Notes under the pieces: model-generated
The model's database searches: none
What the model was told of the DNA's origin: nothing
The model's input: only the letters and a program-made list of their open reading frames with translations
Source: the human T2T-CHM13v2.0 reference genome, Homo sapiens
NCBI RefSeq assembly: GCF_009914755.1
Contig: NC_060930.1
DNA length: 64,000 nt
Direction: 5' to 3' (one strand)
Position numbers and translations under genes: made by a program
Shown here: piece after piece, positions 35,118 through 52,058 of the stretch
Layout of the letters: each line of letters opens with the position of its first letter
How positions within the stretch are numbered: the first letter of the stretch is position 1

Positions 35118-35790
35118 AAAGTCAGGAAACAACAGGTGCTGGAGAGGATGTGGAGAAATAGGAACACTCTTACACTGTTGGTGGGACTGTAAACTAGTTC
35201 AACCATTGTGGAAGTCAGTGTGGCGATTCCTCAGGGATCTAGAACTAGAAATACCATTTGACCCAGCCATCCCATTACTGGGTATATACCCAAATGACTA
35301 TAAATCATGCTGCTATAAAGACACATGCACACGTATGTTTATTGCGGCATTATTCACAATAGCAAAGACTTGGAACCAACCCCAATGTCCAACAATGATA
35401 GACTGGATTAAGAAAATGTGGCACATATACACCATGGAATACTATGCAGCCATAAAAAATGATGAGTTCATGTCCTTTGTAGGGACATGGATGAAATTGG
35501 AAACCATCATTCTCAGTAAACTATCGCAAGAACAAAAAACCAAACACCGCATATTCTCACTCATAGGTGGGAATTGAACAATGAGATCACATGGACACAG
35601 GAAGGGGAATATCACACTCTGGGGACTGTGGTGGGGTGGGGGGAGGGGGGAGGGATAGCATTGGGAGATATACCTAATGCTAGATGACGAGTTAGTGGGT
35701 GCAGCGCACCAGCATGGCACATGTATACATATGTAACTAACCTGCACAATGTGCACATGTACCCTAAAACTTAAAGTATAATAAAAAAAA
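35118..35790 (+). mobile_element. 5'-truncated LINE-1 (L1PA2-type): ORF2 C-terminus, 3' UTR, polyA
   Basis: ORF ends ...KTKHRIFSLIGGN stop (35577); G-rich 3' UTR; GAG at 35689-35691 and A at 35774 (not L1HS ACA/G); TSD AAAAATCCTCA at 35107-35117 and 35789-35799. Confidence 0.93.
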
Positions 35791-36279
35791 AAATCCTCAG
35801 AATAAACAAGATAAAAAATCGCAACCAATAAAATCTAACTTTAGTAGGTTTCTTTTAGTAGGTAAAAGAAAGAAACAATTGAGAGACTCATTTTTTATTT
35901 TATAAGAGCACTGGAATGGCATTCCCAATAAAAATAGCTTAAAAAGTCAGACAAAATAACAAAAAATATTTTTTTAAATGAATCACCAAGCTAGCAGGAC
36001 AGCAGAAATTTTTCAAAGGCCAAAAACAACTAGAAACAAAAAAACCCTGGGAGGTAAGCAAATGGGACAACCAGCTTTTGCCCTGAGAACGTGTGCCACA
36101 CCCTACACGTTAGGTTTGGAACCTGGACGGTTTTTTTTTTGTTTGTTTTTTTGAGATGGAGTTGGAGTCTCACCCTGTCGCCCAAGCTGGAGCGCAGTGG
36201 CATGATCTCGGCAGTTCTTAACTTGAGCCTACTTATTCTAGCACCATGGAATATCACCAAACATGACCAGTATAACTCC

Positions 36280-38400
36280 AGTCACATCTGATAAAGGAGA
36301 CTTTAATGCAGCAACTATTATTAGAGATAAAGAGGGATTTTGCCTCACGATAAAAAGCTCAATTCACAAGGTATCCTTTTGAAATTGAATGTACCTAACA
36401 ATATATCTTCAAAATCTATATAGCAAAGCAAACTCTGACAGAACTACAAGAAATTGAAAAATCTACCCTCATGTGGGAGATCTTTGAAACTAATTTCTCT
36501 CTTAATAATCAGTAGATAAACCTGATAAAAAGTAAAGAAATAAATAGTGATGTTATCTTACTTATAACTTACAAATCTTTTTATTTGAATGGTAAATTTT
36601 TTTTTCTTTTTTTATTTTTTGAGACGGAGTTTTGCTCTTGTCTCTCAGGCTGAAGTGCAATGGCATGATCTCAGCTCACTGAAACCTCCGCCTCCCAGGT
36701 TCAAGTGATTCTCCTGCCTCAGCCTCCCAAGTTGCTGGGATTACAGGCACGTGCCATCGTACCAGGCTAATTTTTGTAGTTTTAGTAGAGACAGGGTTTA
36801 ACCATGTTGGCCAGGCTGATCTCGAACTCCTGACCTCAGGTGATTCACCTGCCTCACCCTCCCAAAGTGCTGGGATTACAGGCATGAGCCACCGTGCCTG
36901 GCCTCAATATTTCAAAATTGTTAATTTTCCAATTCATCTCTAGATTCAATAAACACTTAATCAAAATTCCAGCAAAGTTTTTCTTGGAACATGACAACTT
37001 GAGCCTAAATCTTATTTGAAAGAACAAAGGCAAAGAATAGGCAAGGTACTTTTGAAGAAAAAGAAGGACTAGTTATAAGATCTGCCCTAACAGAGCCCAA
37101 GACTTATTATAAAGCTACAGCAATTAAAATAATCAATATTGTTCAGGGACCAAAAGGACATATCAGAAAGCCCAGAAACTGACCCATACATATACATAAC
37201 ATTTTAATTTATAACCCAAAGGGGGTGCAGTGGCTCACACCTATAATCCCAACACTTGGGAGGCCAAGGTGGGCGGATCACTTGAGCCCAGGAGTTCGAG
37301 ACCAGCCTGGGCAACATGGCAAGACCTCATCTCTTACAAAACATTAAAAAATTAGCCAGGTGGAGGCTGAGGTGGGAGGATCATTTGGGCCTGGAAGTTG
37401 GAGTTTGCAGTGACCCAAGATCACACACCACTGCACTCCAGCCCGAGCCACAGAGTTAGACTGGCTCAAAAAAAAAGACAGAAAGAAACAGAAAACCAAA
37501 ACAGAGAAGGTATTGTAGATCAGCAAGGAAAGGGGAGACTATTGATAAATCATTCTGGGACAATCCATTATCTCCAGAGGAAAAAATAAAATTAGATTTA
37601 CATCTCAGAACATACAAAAAATTAACTCCAGTTAAATCAAAGACATAAAGCTAAGATATAAAACTATAAAAGCTTTAGAAGTCCATGTAAGAGAATAACC
37701 ATTTGCCCTCAAGGTAGAAAGGTTTTCTTTCTTTTTATTTAAGAGACAGGGTCTCACTGTGTTGCCCAGGCTGGAGTGCAGAGGCGCGATCATAGCTCAC
37801 TGAAGCCTCAAACTCCTGTGCTCAAGTGATCCTCCCACCTCAGCCTCCTGAGTAGCTGGGACTACAGATGCTGTGCCACCACACCTAGCTAAGAACGGAT
37901 TTCTTAAATAAGACATCAGAAGTACACATTACAAAGGAAAAACTGATCTATTCAACTACATGAATATTAACAAATCCTGTTTGTCAAGATACACAATAAG
38001 TGAAAGGACATACCACAAACTGTGAAAGACATTTGTAATAACTAAGTGACAAACTGACAAGAGAGTAGAAGCCAGAATATATAAATACTCACAAATAAAT
38101 AAAAAGGATAAACAACCCAACAGAAAAATAGACTGAAAACTGGAAAAAGTTTTCACTTAAAATCAAACACAAATGATCCATAAAATAGAAGAAAAGTGTG
38201 ACCTCATTAGCAATCTGGGAAATTCAAACTGCAACCTCAATGAGATACCATTACACACAAACAGGCTGGAAATTTTAACAGTTGGACAATACCAAGTATT
38301 GGAGAATGCAGAAGAACCAGAATGATTATACAAAGCTAATGGGAGCATAAGTTAAGATGATCATTTTGAAAAAGTAAACTATGACTCAGCAACTCCACTC
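36280..38400 (+). mobile_element. Old fragmented L1M remnants interrupted by Alus
   Basis: A-rich ORF2-like relics (TATAAAGCTACAGCAATTAAAA, CCCAGAAACTGACCCA, CAATGAGATACCATTACACAC); boundaries approximate. Confidence 0.6.
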
Positions 38401-38586
38401 CATTCAAAATTGAGTGGAATTCAATTTCTCAAAGAATCTAAACTATGCTAATATGCAATTTTACTTTTCAAAATTTACCAGTGCAGAAGACTTCTAATTA
38501 TATTGTCAGTTATATTTTCTAAGAAAAAAAGTCAAGGCTCTAAATGCCACTTAGATACCACATATTTAGATGTACATTGCTCTTAC

Positions 38587-38641
38587 CAGCGTCGTGCAAG
38601 GTAATTAAAATTAAATTCAAACTGGCTCAACACATCTCCTC
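38587..38641 (-). CDS. GPLD1: GPLD1 exon 7 (55 nt)
   Basis: GDVLSQFEFNFNYLARR; ctag / gtaaga. Confidence 0.95.
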
Positions 38642-38711
38642 CTAGGGTATGAGAAAAATATTGACATTTGGTGGATTAGTGACAAACATAGCATGCATCT
38701 ATTCAACATGA

Positions 38712-39132
<421 letters not shown>

Positions 39133-39621
39133 TAGTGAAACATATAAATTAAGAAAGAACTGGCCATATAACCAAAGGTGTTTTTTGTTTTACTTTAAGG
39201 AAATATCGACCATAAGGGTTTAATAAACACCATTCACCACCTAGTTTAAATATTTAAAAGCAATTTACTACTACAGGCAAAAGGTGGAGTTTACTAGTTT
39301 AAAGCTAAAGTATTAGGAAAGTAGGAGACACTAGCTAATGAATTTTAACCCAATGTATAAGTAAAGTTTTTCTAAAATTATGACATGTCAACAACAAAGT
39401 GTAGAATTTTTTAACAAAAAAATACATATAGACACAAGTTTTTAGAAATACATCTCTATGTTAAATGAGGTACATCTCTACTCTAAATGAACTGCAACAT
39501 TAAATAGAAAATACATGCAACCAGCAAAATATTAAAGACACACATATTTAAAGCACAGTAGTGATGTCATTATAAGTGAACTATACCACGAGAAAATTTA
39601 GCAAATGTAAATAAACAGTAC

Positions 39622-39670
39622 CAAAATCACCAGCCGAATGAGCCTCTGAATAGGAGCCGTGAAAATCAAT
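39622..39670 (-). CDS. GPLD1: GPLD1 exon 6 (49 nt), His158
   Basis: IDFHGSYSEAHSAGDF; ttag / gtact (weak donor). Confidence 0.95.
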
Positions 39671-39805
39671 CTAAGAAAGAAAGAGAACCATCTGGTGTGT
39701 ATTACAAATTGTAGCCCCAACTCTTACTTCCACAGTCAAGCAAGTGGTGGGAGATGACAGCTAACTCAATGAACTGCTGAGGACGCATAATACACTCAAT
39801 TTTCA

Positions 39806-40127
<322 letters not shown>

Positions 40128-41117
40128 TCAAAAACAAACAAACAAAAAAACAACAACAAAAAAAACCACACCCACATACACACACACACACACACACACA
40201 TACATATATATGCAGCTGAGTTGGATACATATGTCTGGCAATAAAGCTACTACAGACAACTCTGCCTTATAGGATATATATAAAAATCTCTGAGTTGAAG
40301 TTGAAACTTCTAACAGAATGTAATTAACATAAATTAAGGACCAGGGGGCCTTCCAGAGGCTAAGTCATCAGGTAAGATCACAATTTTCAGTTTGAGGACA
40401 TGGCATTTTCATATAGAAAGTTAAAAAGAGAGAGAAAAAGTCCAATAAAGTAGAAGTATTACTTTTAAATAGAACCAAGTGGCAGGTATTCATATCCTTC
40501 TTAAGATATACAGCTTGAATAAAGCATAAGATTTATCAATTATTTTTGTGACTAAAACAAAACATCACATCTATGACTGTTTTCAGTACACATTAGCCAC
40601 TCTGCTCTTGTGGATGAATCTACCCAGTTGGCAAGAAGAATAAAAGGAATGAATTGGACCGGGCGCGGTGGCTTATGCCTGTTATCCCAGCACTTTGGGA
40701 GACCAAGGCAGGCAGATCATGAGGTCAGGAGATCAAGACCACCCTGGCCAACATGGTGAGACCCCGTCTCTACTAAAAATATAAAAATTAGCTAAGCATG
40801 GTGGCACGTGCCTGTAATCCCAGCTACTCAGGAGGCTGAGGCAGGAGAATCACTTGAACCAGGGAGTTGGAGGTTGCAGTGAGCCAAGATCGCGCCTTCG
40901 CACCACTGCATTCCAGCCTGGCAACAGAGTGAGACTCCATCTCAAAAAAAAAAAAAAAAGGAACAAATTGGAAAAGATGGGACTCTAACCAAACACTGCT
41001 TTGGGCAGAAGTCTGAATAACCTAACATTTTCCTTTCTTTTAAAACGGTCAGGTTTTGATCTTAGGTGAGACAGTATCACTCCCATAAAGTCATTCCCCA
41101 TAAAGGGATGTACTCAC

Positions 41118-41228
41118 AGCTCCCATGGTCCTAAGGAATCCTTGTTCAAGGCCCAGACTATGCCAGCTGACATCTGCCGCCATGTGAGAAGTAATTCCAA
41201 ACAAGAAAGCTACCAGTTTCTCTGTGTC
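41118..41228 (-). CDS. GPLD1: GPLD1 exon 5 (111 nt), His125/His133
   Basis: DTEKLVAFLFGITSHMAADVSWHSLGLEQGFLRTMGA; gcag / gtgagt. Confidence 0.96.
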
Positions 41229-41364
41229 CTGCCAAACAAGCAAATTAGAGTCATGTGTGTTTGGGTGATTTTATAATAACAATCCTAAAGTTTTAATAAA
41301 TATAAATTCATTTATGTTACTGAGACCTAACAAAAAATTTCAGGCAAGTAAATTGCAGTTTCTA

Positions 41365-41571
<207 letters not shown>

Positions 41572-41618
41572 TCACCCCTGTAATCCCAGCACTTTGGGAG
41601 GCCTATGCAGGTGGATCA

Positions 41619-42014
<396 letters not shown>

Positions 42015-42170
42015 CTAGCCATCTACTATGTCCAAGCAATGTGCATGACACTGAAGGTGGAATGGTGGGCAGCCCTTACAGAGCGGTACAAATGGGGTCA
42101 ATGCGGGTGCAAACACAGTGCATGGCAGGTTTGGTGCTAAATATTTTAAGGATTGGAGGACCACGCCTAC

Positions 42171-42268
42171 CTTCTCCCAGGGAAGGGGATAGTTCTCTCG
42201 GATATAATGAACGCTTGCATTAAGAAACGGAGTCCAGTGAGTGCTCTCAGACACATCATGGAATTTTC
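42171..42268 (-). CDS. GPLD1: GPLD1 exon 4 (98 nt)
   Basis: KFHDVSESTHWTPFLNASVHYIRENYPLPWEK; tcag / gtagg. Confidence 0.96.
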
Positions 42269-44937
42269 CTGACAAAACAAAAGCAGGGCTCTAGATTCTC
42301 TCTTAAAAGTTGGAAAGTCTCAATCAAATCTTCCACACCACCCGCTGCGCTGCTGTGTCCCTTCTCCTCCTTCCCTCCATGCCCCTCAGTTTCTTCTGTC
42401 GACTTTCAAAAGAAGCCTCTAAAACGGAAGAGCCAGCTGAGATTTTGGAATACGCATGGTACTGTCTGCCTGATGACTAAAAAGAGCCCTACAGTAAGAG
42501 GGACGGAGCCTAAACTGGCTCACGGAATCGCAAGCCCGGCTACCTGGTTAGAATAGAGGCTAGAATTGTTTCCATTTCTGTGCCCTAAAACTAAGGAAAC
42601 AAGTTGTACTTTGGTTTTGTTTATTTGTTGGGATTTTAAAAAGTATCTTCCTTGTCCCTCACAGTCAGCCTCCTTAAGAGTACAAGAAATAAAAGCAGAT
42701 ATTTCATATGCTTTCAAGCATTTGATTTTATAATAATTATTGCAAAATGGCACAGGCCCCAGTGAGCATTTTATGCAAGTGTCGTTTGAGTGGGCCAGTG
42801 CGTGTCCCATGTAGCTCTTTATTCCCACAAGAGGGGTAGGAAAGACAGAACTGGCCTCTGTGCTAAACCTCCAAGAGCCACAAATGCCTCATGGAGTGCC
42901 AAATGTTACGAGGGTAACTAAAAGCAAAACTGCCGAGTTCAGATCCCTCAGTTCAATTTTTCTATGCCGTTCCTAAAGTAAAAATTGCCGAACCAGTTTT
43001 AAATCATTGGTTTTTTTTCAAAATGATTTTCAAAGGAGTTAGAATCAAGACATTTGATTTGCTCCCACAGTTTTCCTAGAGATAAAGCTTTAAACAATTC
43101 TTGTTCTCCAGAATACAGTAAAACTCCAGAATTAAATATGGCAGTAGCTCTTTTGAACAACTTCAACTTAAACAAATTGGCAGATTAACTGAAGCTTTCT
43201 GATCCCTCTGTAAATCCAACAGACTGGAAGCAGAAAGTCCCCCAGGACATACTAGATGCTGACAGCTGGCAAGCCACTGCCCAGAGACTTGAACTTACCT
43301 GTCTATACCATAGCTCACAAAGGGTCAATCAGACCCACTTCTAATCCTGTTTAAACCAGATGTCCTTGTTACTGTAATTATAAAGGCTAATTCAGTATTA
43401 GGTAAACTAATACAAATGAAGAGTTTTGCTGGGTGCAGTAGTGCACGCCTATAATCCCAGCACTTTGGGAGGCTGAAGTGGGAGGACCCCCTGAGGCCAG
43501 GAGGTTGAGACTAGCCTGGGCAACATAGCAAGACCACATCTCTACAAAAATTTAAAAATAAAATAAAAAAGTAGCCAGGTATGGTGGTACACACCTATAG
43601 TCTCAGCTACTCAGAAGGCTGAGGCAGGAGGGTTGCTTGAGGCCAGGAGTTTGAGGCTGTAATGAGCTGTGATTGCACCACTGCACCCCAGCCTGGGCAA
43701 CAGAGCAAGACCCTGTCTCTAAAAAATGTAAAAATAACTTTAAAAAAAAGGTGTTTTTTCTTTGGCAATTAAGTATCTAAGAAAGCTAAGTGCTTTGGAA
43801 AGATGCAATGAAAGTGAATCATCACCAAATAAGAAAAGGAAAACTACAGTTGAATTAGGTATGTATGAGACAAGGTAAAATGTGGAAAAATGCAAAAAAA
43901 CCTAAGTGGAATAAGTGGAATTTGTATGCAAATTCCCTGTAACTAGTCATATACCAGTCCCAATCTTTTCATCACACAAGACTATTTATTGCTGCAGAAA
44001 AAACTGGAAAATGCTAGGTAAATACTTTACATTCCTTTTCCACTCTCCTCAGAACCTTGATTAGTGTGGGTTTTGTCTGTCTCTAAAAATGGCGTACATT
44101 AAGCAATGTTGCTCAAATTGAATGGACAAAAATATCCTTTCTTCTTTCTTTTTTGTAGAAGCTATCAAGGGACAGTAGAGCTCCCATGAATACAGTTTGG
44201 GAAGTGCTAAATTAGAAATAATAGGTTAGAAAGGAGAACTATAACATGCAGGCAAAATAATAGGATTGAGAAATGATAGTTAACAGACTAAGAGGGAAAC
44301 AGAACAAAACTCCTTATAAATATGAGAAATACAAAAGCTAGCTGTCTGGGATTCTAACTGCAGGAGTGATTAGCCCCAGATAGTTCATTTCAGTCCCAAA
44401 GACATCACTGAATTAAAGGAATGGGATAATAGCAGATGACCCAAAACCCCAGAAGCAGTTTATACAAGTACCCAGCGTGCTGGGGGCCTCCATTTGTCCT
44501 TCCAGACCCACTCCCCATCCTTCTCTACCTTGTAGGGTGACTCTGAGGTCACCTGCTTCAACTAGCTTCGTGGCTCTCTGGCTTTGATTGGGTTGGGTTT
44601 GGCCAATAAAGAGAACTGACAGATCAGAGAAAAAGAAGACACAGAAGTTGGGGTATATATTCTCCCAGCTCCCCTTCTGTGGGGTCACAGTGGGCTGGCT
44701 GTGCCCCTTAGCTGAAGGTCCAGCTCTCAAGTGGTCCTCTTCATGCAGCTCTCTCTCTCCACGGTTCCAGTAATCTCTCCCTCCCTTGAACTATCTTTTG
44801 CAATTCCTCGCCTCCTGTCCATATCTTTGAAAATGGTGCCCTTACTAAGCTCCTCTCCAATTACTCAGTTTGAGTGTGACTTCTGGGTCCTGCTGGGGCT
44901 CTGACTGATACGACTCATGAGACAAGTTTACTGATAA

Positions 44938-45389
44938 TGACAGAGCAGAAGCATTGCCATCTTGGACAAGAACTGCCATTTTAAGTTCACCTTGACCAAA
45001 AATTGCCTAAATCCAAAGGGCATCAGCCTAATGGGTACAGTCAGCATAACCATAAATCACAGATAACATCTCCAATCAGAAACATTCCAAACTCCTCCCC
45101 AACCAGAGACGTGCAAGCCCCAAGATAACCTCCCCTCCAGCCAGAGAGATGTCAACCCCAAGATAACCTCCCCTCCAACTAGAGACATTCCAATCCCACC
45201 ATAAACTTCTCCCCCACACAGAAACATTCCAAACTCTCTCACCAATAAATACTCTCAGTCTGTAAGAGAGAGAGTGTTCCTGACCGAAATCGGCCAGAAG
45301 CCCCTCTCAGGTTTACTTCTCCAAAATAAATCTGTCTTTGACTGTTAAGCTGCTTTTCATGTTTCTTTCCTCTTTCTTTAACTCTTACA
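44938..45389 (+). mobile_element. ERV1 solo LTR (MER83-like) with internal ~40-bp repeats
   Basis: TGACAGAGCAG...CTCTTACA; GCCATCTTG motif; repeated CCCCAAGATAACCTCCCCTCCA; AATAAA signals. Confidence 0.65.
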
Positions 45390-45870
45390 AATAATAGTAT
45401 CTGCGATTTGCATAACACTTGACAAAATACTGTGCATTAATGCCAAGGACAATCCAGTCTAGGCAGGGCAGGCAGGACAATCCAGTCTTTGCCAAGACAT
45501 GAAAATTGAGATTCTGTGGATAAGTGACTTTTTTAAGATCACATGCTAATATAGAAGGAACACAAACTCAGACCTTTTGATCTCTTGCAAAATGTCTTCT
45601 ATCATGTCACTTAGGTTTTCACCAAAAAATAGTTTTCAGAATTTCTATGCTTAACTAGGTCAGTTATAGCTAAATGGAAAATGCAACTATGTAAACTAAG
45701 TCATTAACCAACAATATTGTTGGGAAACAAATTGTTCTCAACAATAATGGAAAATATACTGTGCAATTAAAAATATATTGTACACACATATATATATATT
45801 TTTAAAGTCATAGCTATTCCTATTAACCAAGTAAAAGTGACTTCATTCAGTCTGCAAACTTTCATCTTAC

Positions 45871-45949
45871 CTCCTTTGCAGATGCTAGGGTAAAAACAAT
45901 CAGGAAACACGATTCCAGCCTGATACGCATCCTGGTGTTCTAGTAACAG
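45871..45949 (-). CDS. GPLD1: GPLD1 exon 3 (79 nt)
   Basis: LLLEHQDAYQAGIVFPDCFYPSICKG; ctgcag / gtaag. Confidence 0.95.
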
Positions 45950-46337
45950 CTGCAGAGCAAGAAAATACAGAGATTAAGGGGCAGGAGTCAACAGCCTGGG
46001 GAGTATAGGCCCCACCAATTTTCTGTGATGAGATGCTAGAAATATGGGGGTATAGATGGAATGAAAGGGAAAAAGGAAGGAAAGCAGGCATAAAGTAAAT
46101 AAATGATTAAAATTCACACATAATCCAAGACAAAACACAACAATATATAACTTCAGATTCTTCCCTACCAAACACAGAGAGGCTAATTTAGAAACAGCAG
46201 AAAACACTTGTTTAAATTTCATCTTCTTTCATTTTCTCTGTCAATCCAGTAAAGCAGGATTTCCCTGAGGCCTTAAGGTTGTTTTACTGACCCAGAGCTG
46301 TTGTTTTTGTTGCTGTTGTTGTTTGTTTGTGTTTTGA

Positions 46338-46493
<156 letters not shown>

Positions 46494-48216
46494 TAAAATT
46501 TTCAATGATTCACAGTGAAAAGAGAAAAACGGACACACAAACGCACGTACGCACGCACACAAACAAGCACGCACATATGTGCATATCAGTTTATAGTTGC
46601 TACCTGTGTTTTAGTGTAAGATGACGTCCTTTGTGTTTTGGGAGGGCTAAAAAAAGTGCTTTCCCTTTTTAAATGATGTGAAAGTAGATGGTAGCGGTTT
46701 TCTTCTAAATGTTCTTCCTTGGTCAACTGGCTCACTTCCTTCCATTCCGAGTCCCTTATGGGATGTCTAGCTGCATGCTATAGGCTAGAAAACACAGACT
46801 ACATTTCCCAGGCTGTCTCAGCTCACAGTCTGATATGGCCCAGCCTCCACCACGGAGCCCTCGGCTAACATGGAAGCATTTGGTTTTTCCACAGCAGAGG
46901 TAGCACAGCCCCTCGTGTTGCAGCTCTGGCTTCCCACGTGTTTATGGGCAGAGTACAGGACAACCATATTGTTAGTAAGGCAGGTGCCCGAGGTGGTGAT
47001 GAGGTCCCAGAACCAATAGGTGAGGTGGTGGCTTCTTATTTTACAAACCGTGTATGAGACCGTTGAATTTGTAGCAAATGGGGCAGTGAATGCCTGTCAA
47101 TGGCAGGAGTAGCAGCTCCTTGACAGGCCAGTTCTGTGCATTATTTTGGGAGTCCTTTCTGGACACCTGGCCTAGAGCCTGCTCCTGCAGTTCCCACAGT
47201 TTGTAAGCAGTGAATTCTCTAATTCCTGGTATTAATCCTTTCCTTGCCTAAACTAGCAGAGGGGTTTCCATTATCTGCAAATGAACTCTGATGGACACAC
47301 TGGACAAAGTAAAAGTTTGGCAATATCCCGCCCTTTTTTTTTTTTTTTTAAATAAGAACTTACTAATAATGTGGACCATATATAGGTGCAACAAAGAAGT
47401 ACTTCAAGAAATTAAAACACAAAGAAAGATAGTATCATCTGGTTTTTGGTTTTGTTTTTCTAACCAGTATCCCATTCTCCTCCTTCTAGAGGCAGAATCA
47501 CCCTCTCCCGAGGAGAGCCCATTCCACACCGCTCAGGTGGGGCTGACCAGAATGCTGTGGCCAGCATGCCCACCCTCACCACAGAGTTTGGCTCAGAAAT
47601 GGACCTTTGAGCAAAGCTAGTTCCGTTCACACCTTCCCCAAGACTTCTCCACTAGAGCTCTGGGAAGATGCCCTCTTCCCCTTGTGGCTGCTGAGCTCTG
47701 ACGCTGAGTGCTAGGCTGTCAGCATTCCCCACGTGGAGAGATATAGAAACCATCTAGAGCTCTGGGCCCAGTTCCACACTGCAGATATCAGTTACATGAA
47801 CCAATAAAGTCCACTTTTTTCCAAAAGATAGCTTGAGTTGGACTTTTTTCACTTAAAAATAGTAATTAACTTTACTGGCTATTTACTTAACCAGTCACTG
47901 TTCTAAGCTCCTTATATGTATTAAGACTTGTTGAATCTGCATCTCCCAGTGAGGTAGGCATGTTATTTAATGTGATAAAATAATCTGAAGTAAATTTTAA
48001 AAATTATGCCAAAGAGCAAACTGTTGAGGAAAAAAGAAGAGTACTAACGAAGGATGTATCCTTCAGATATTAAAATGTATTTTTGGATTTTTTTTTTTTT
48101 TTTTTTTGAGATGGAGTCTCACACTGTCACCGGGCTGGAGTGCAGTGGCGTGATCTCAGCTCACTGTAACCTCTGCCTTCCGGGTTCAAGCAATTCTTCC
48201 TGCCTCGGCCTTCTGA

Positions 48217-48393
<177 letters not shown>

Positions 48394-48940
48394 TGAGTAG
48401 CTGGGATTACAGGCACCGGTCACCACGCCCAGCTAATTTTTGTATTTTTAGTAGAGACAGGGTTTCACCAGGTTGGCCAGGCTGGTCTTAAACTCCTGAC
48501 CTCAGGTGATCCACCTGCCTTGGCCTTCCAGAGTACTGGATTTACAGACATGAGCCACTGCGCCCAGATAATTTTTGTATTCTTTAGTAGAGACAAGGTT
48601 TTGCCATGTTGGCCAGGCTGGTCTTGAACTCCCGACCTCAGGTGATCTGCCAAAAACATATTTTTGGCTGGGCAAGGTGGTGCACACCTGTAATTCCAGC
48701 ACTTTGGGAGGATGAGGTCAGCGGATCTCTTCAGCCCAGGAGTTCAAGACCAGCCTGGGTGACATGGCAAGACTCTGTTTCTACAAAAAATTTAAAAATT
48801 AGCCAAACATGGTGGTGCAGCTACTTGGGAGGCTGAGGTGGGAGGATCAATTGAGTATAGGAGGTTGAGGATGCAGTGAGCCATGATCACACCAGTACAC
48901 TCCAGCCTGGGTGACACAGTGAGACCCTATCTCAAAAAAA

Positions 48941-49656
<716 letters not shown>

Positions 49657-49747
49657 GCATTAGAGAAAGGAGTTAAAGATATGGACATGGTGAAGGCTAG
49701 AGTAAATCTTGCGGTGTCGGATTAGAATTGGTGGTATTTTCATGTGA

Positions 49748-49864
<117 letters not shown>

Positions 49865-50220
49865 TAGGATTAGAGGCATGCCCCACCACTTTGTTTTGTT
49901 TTGTTTTGTTTTGAGATGGAGTCTCACTCTGTCCCCCAGGCTGGAATGGAGCGCAGCAGTGCGATCTCCGCTCCCTGCAAGCTCCGCCTCCCGGGTTCAC
50001 GCCATTCTCCCGCCTCAGCCTCCCAAGTAGCTGGGATTACAGGCGCCCACCACGATGCCCGGCTAATTTTTTGTATTTTTAGTAGAGACGGGGTTTCACC
50101 GTGTTAGCCAGGATGGTCTTGATCTCCTGACCTCATGATCTGCCCGCCTTGGCCTCCCAAAGTGCTGGGATTACTGACATGAGCCACCGTGCCTGGCCCA
50201 CCATTTGTTTTTTGAGATGA

Positions 50221-50322
<102 letters not shown>

Positions 50323-50335
50323 TAGCTAGGACTAG

Positions 50336-50575
<240 letters not shown>

Positions 50576-51205
50576 TAAATTAATAATACCTCTACTAGAA
50601 TACCTTGTAGAATACCTCTACTAGAAATCACTCTGCACACACTCTGGATTGATTGTTCATGTGATGAATTAGGCAGATTCTCGTTTCCACTCCTCTTTCC
50701 TGCCTACTTGCCGTCAAGGTCAATGAAGATGACTATCAGATATAAATGCTGTTTTTCCTCATTCGGCCTGTTAGGTTGGCAAGTGAGGAAGCTGAATCTT
50801 ACGACTAAAAGTATTTTGAGGGTACAATAAATTTCAGTTATCTTACCATCCCGCTTCCCAAATGGATTATGAAGACTTAATGTTATTAAATGATCCAATT
50901 CTGATGTCAGAAGGGAATGCTAACCACTTATCAAATATAAGTATGAAAGAATTACACCTTCGTCACAAAGTATTATTTAGCCATAGAACAAATAGTGCAT
51001 ATGATCAGAATGTGTTCATTTGAAGATGGGTAAAGGTGAGTCATGAGCTAGTCCTACCAGGATATGGAATATAGCAGGAGTTGGATGAAGAATCTCTGGA
51101 GAATCTCAGTGCGTATTTCTTAATAAATACTTCCTTCTCCTCCTGGTGATGCAATTTGTGCTCAACACACAGTAACAAGAAGTGGAAAATAAATGATCTC
51201 TCTCA

Positions 51206-51355
<150 letters not shown>

Positions 51356-51376
51356 CTACAATAAAAACAAAAAGAT

Positions 51377-51432
51377 GTGTTCTTCTCAGCAGCACATATA
51401 CTAATATTGGAATGATACAGAGAAGATTAGCA
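51377..51432 (+). pseudogene. 3'-truncated U6 snRNA pseudogene (nt 1-56)
   Basis: GTGTTCTTCTCAGCAGCACATATACTAATATTGGAATGATACAGAGAAGATTAGCA matches U6 at 49/56 positions, including the ACAGAGA box. Confidence 0.9.
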
Positions 51433-51653
51433 CATTTTTAAAAATGTACTGTTTAAAAAATTTCTCAAGTATTTTTTCAAATTATGAGTCATATCATTAA
51501 AATCTTTAAATTTTAAGTGTGATATATATAAGATACCTATAAAATGTTCAAGTAGCACTTGGAAGAGACATATACCTTTTAACCATAATATTAATGTCTT
51601 ATAACATTAATAACATAATATACAACATTATAACATAAAGAAATAAATAATGA

Positions 51654-51956
<303 letters not shown>

Positions 51957-52058
51957 TGAGTCTTAAAATTACTGTTTAAATATCTGTTAGGATCTTTGTT
52001 TGGCACCTATAAAAGAAAACTAATGCACAAAGAAGAAAAGAAAAATCAAGATTTCTAC

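Noticed and set aside
35206-35577. 123-aa ORF
   Set aside because: C-terminal piece of L1 ORF2 in a truncated element with no promoter
50585-50626. Short imperfect duplications (also about 436-462, 39450-39490, 59777-59810, 60039-60081)
   Set aside because: Ordinary slippage micro-duplications with no sign of function
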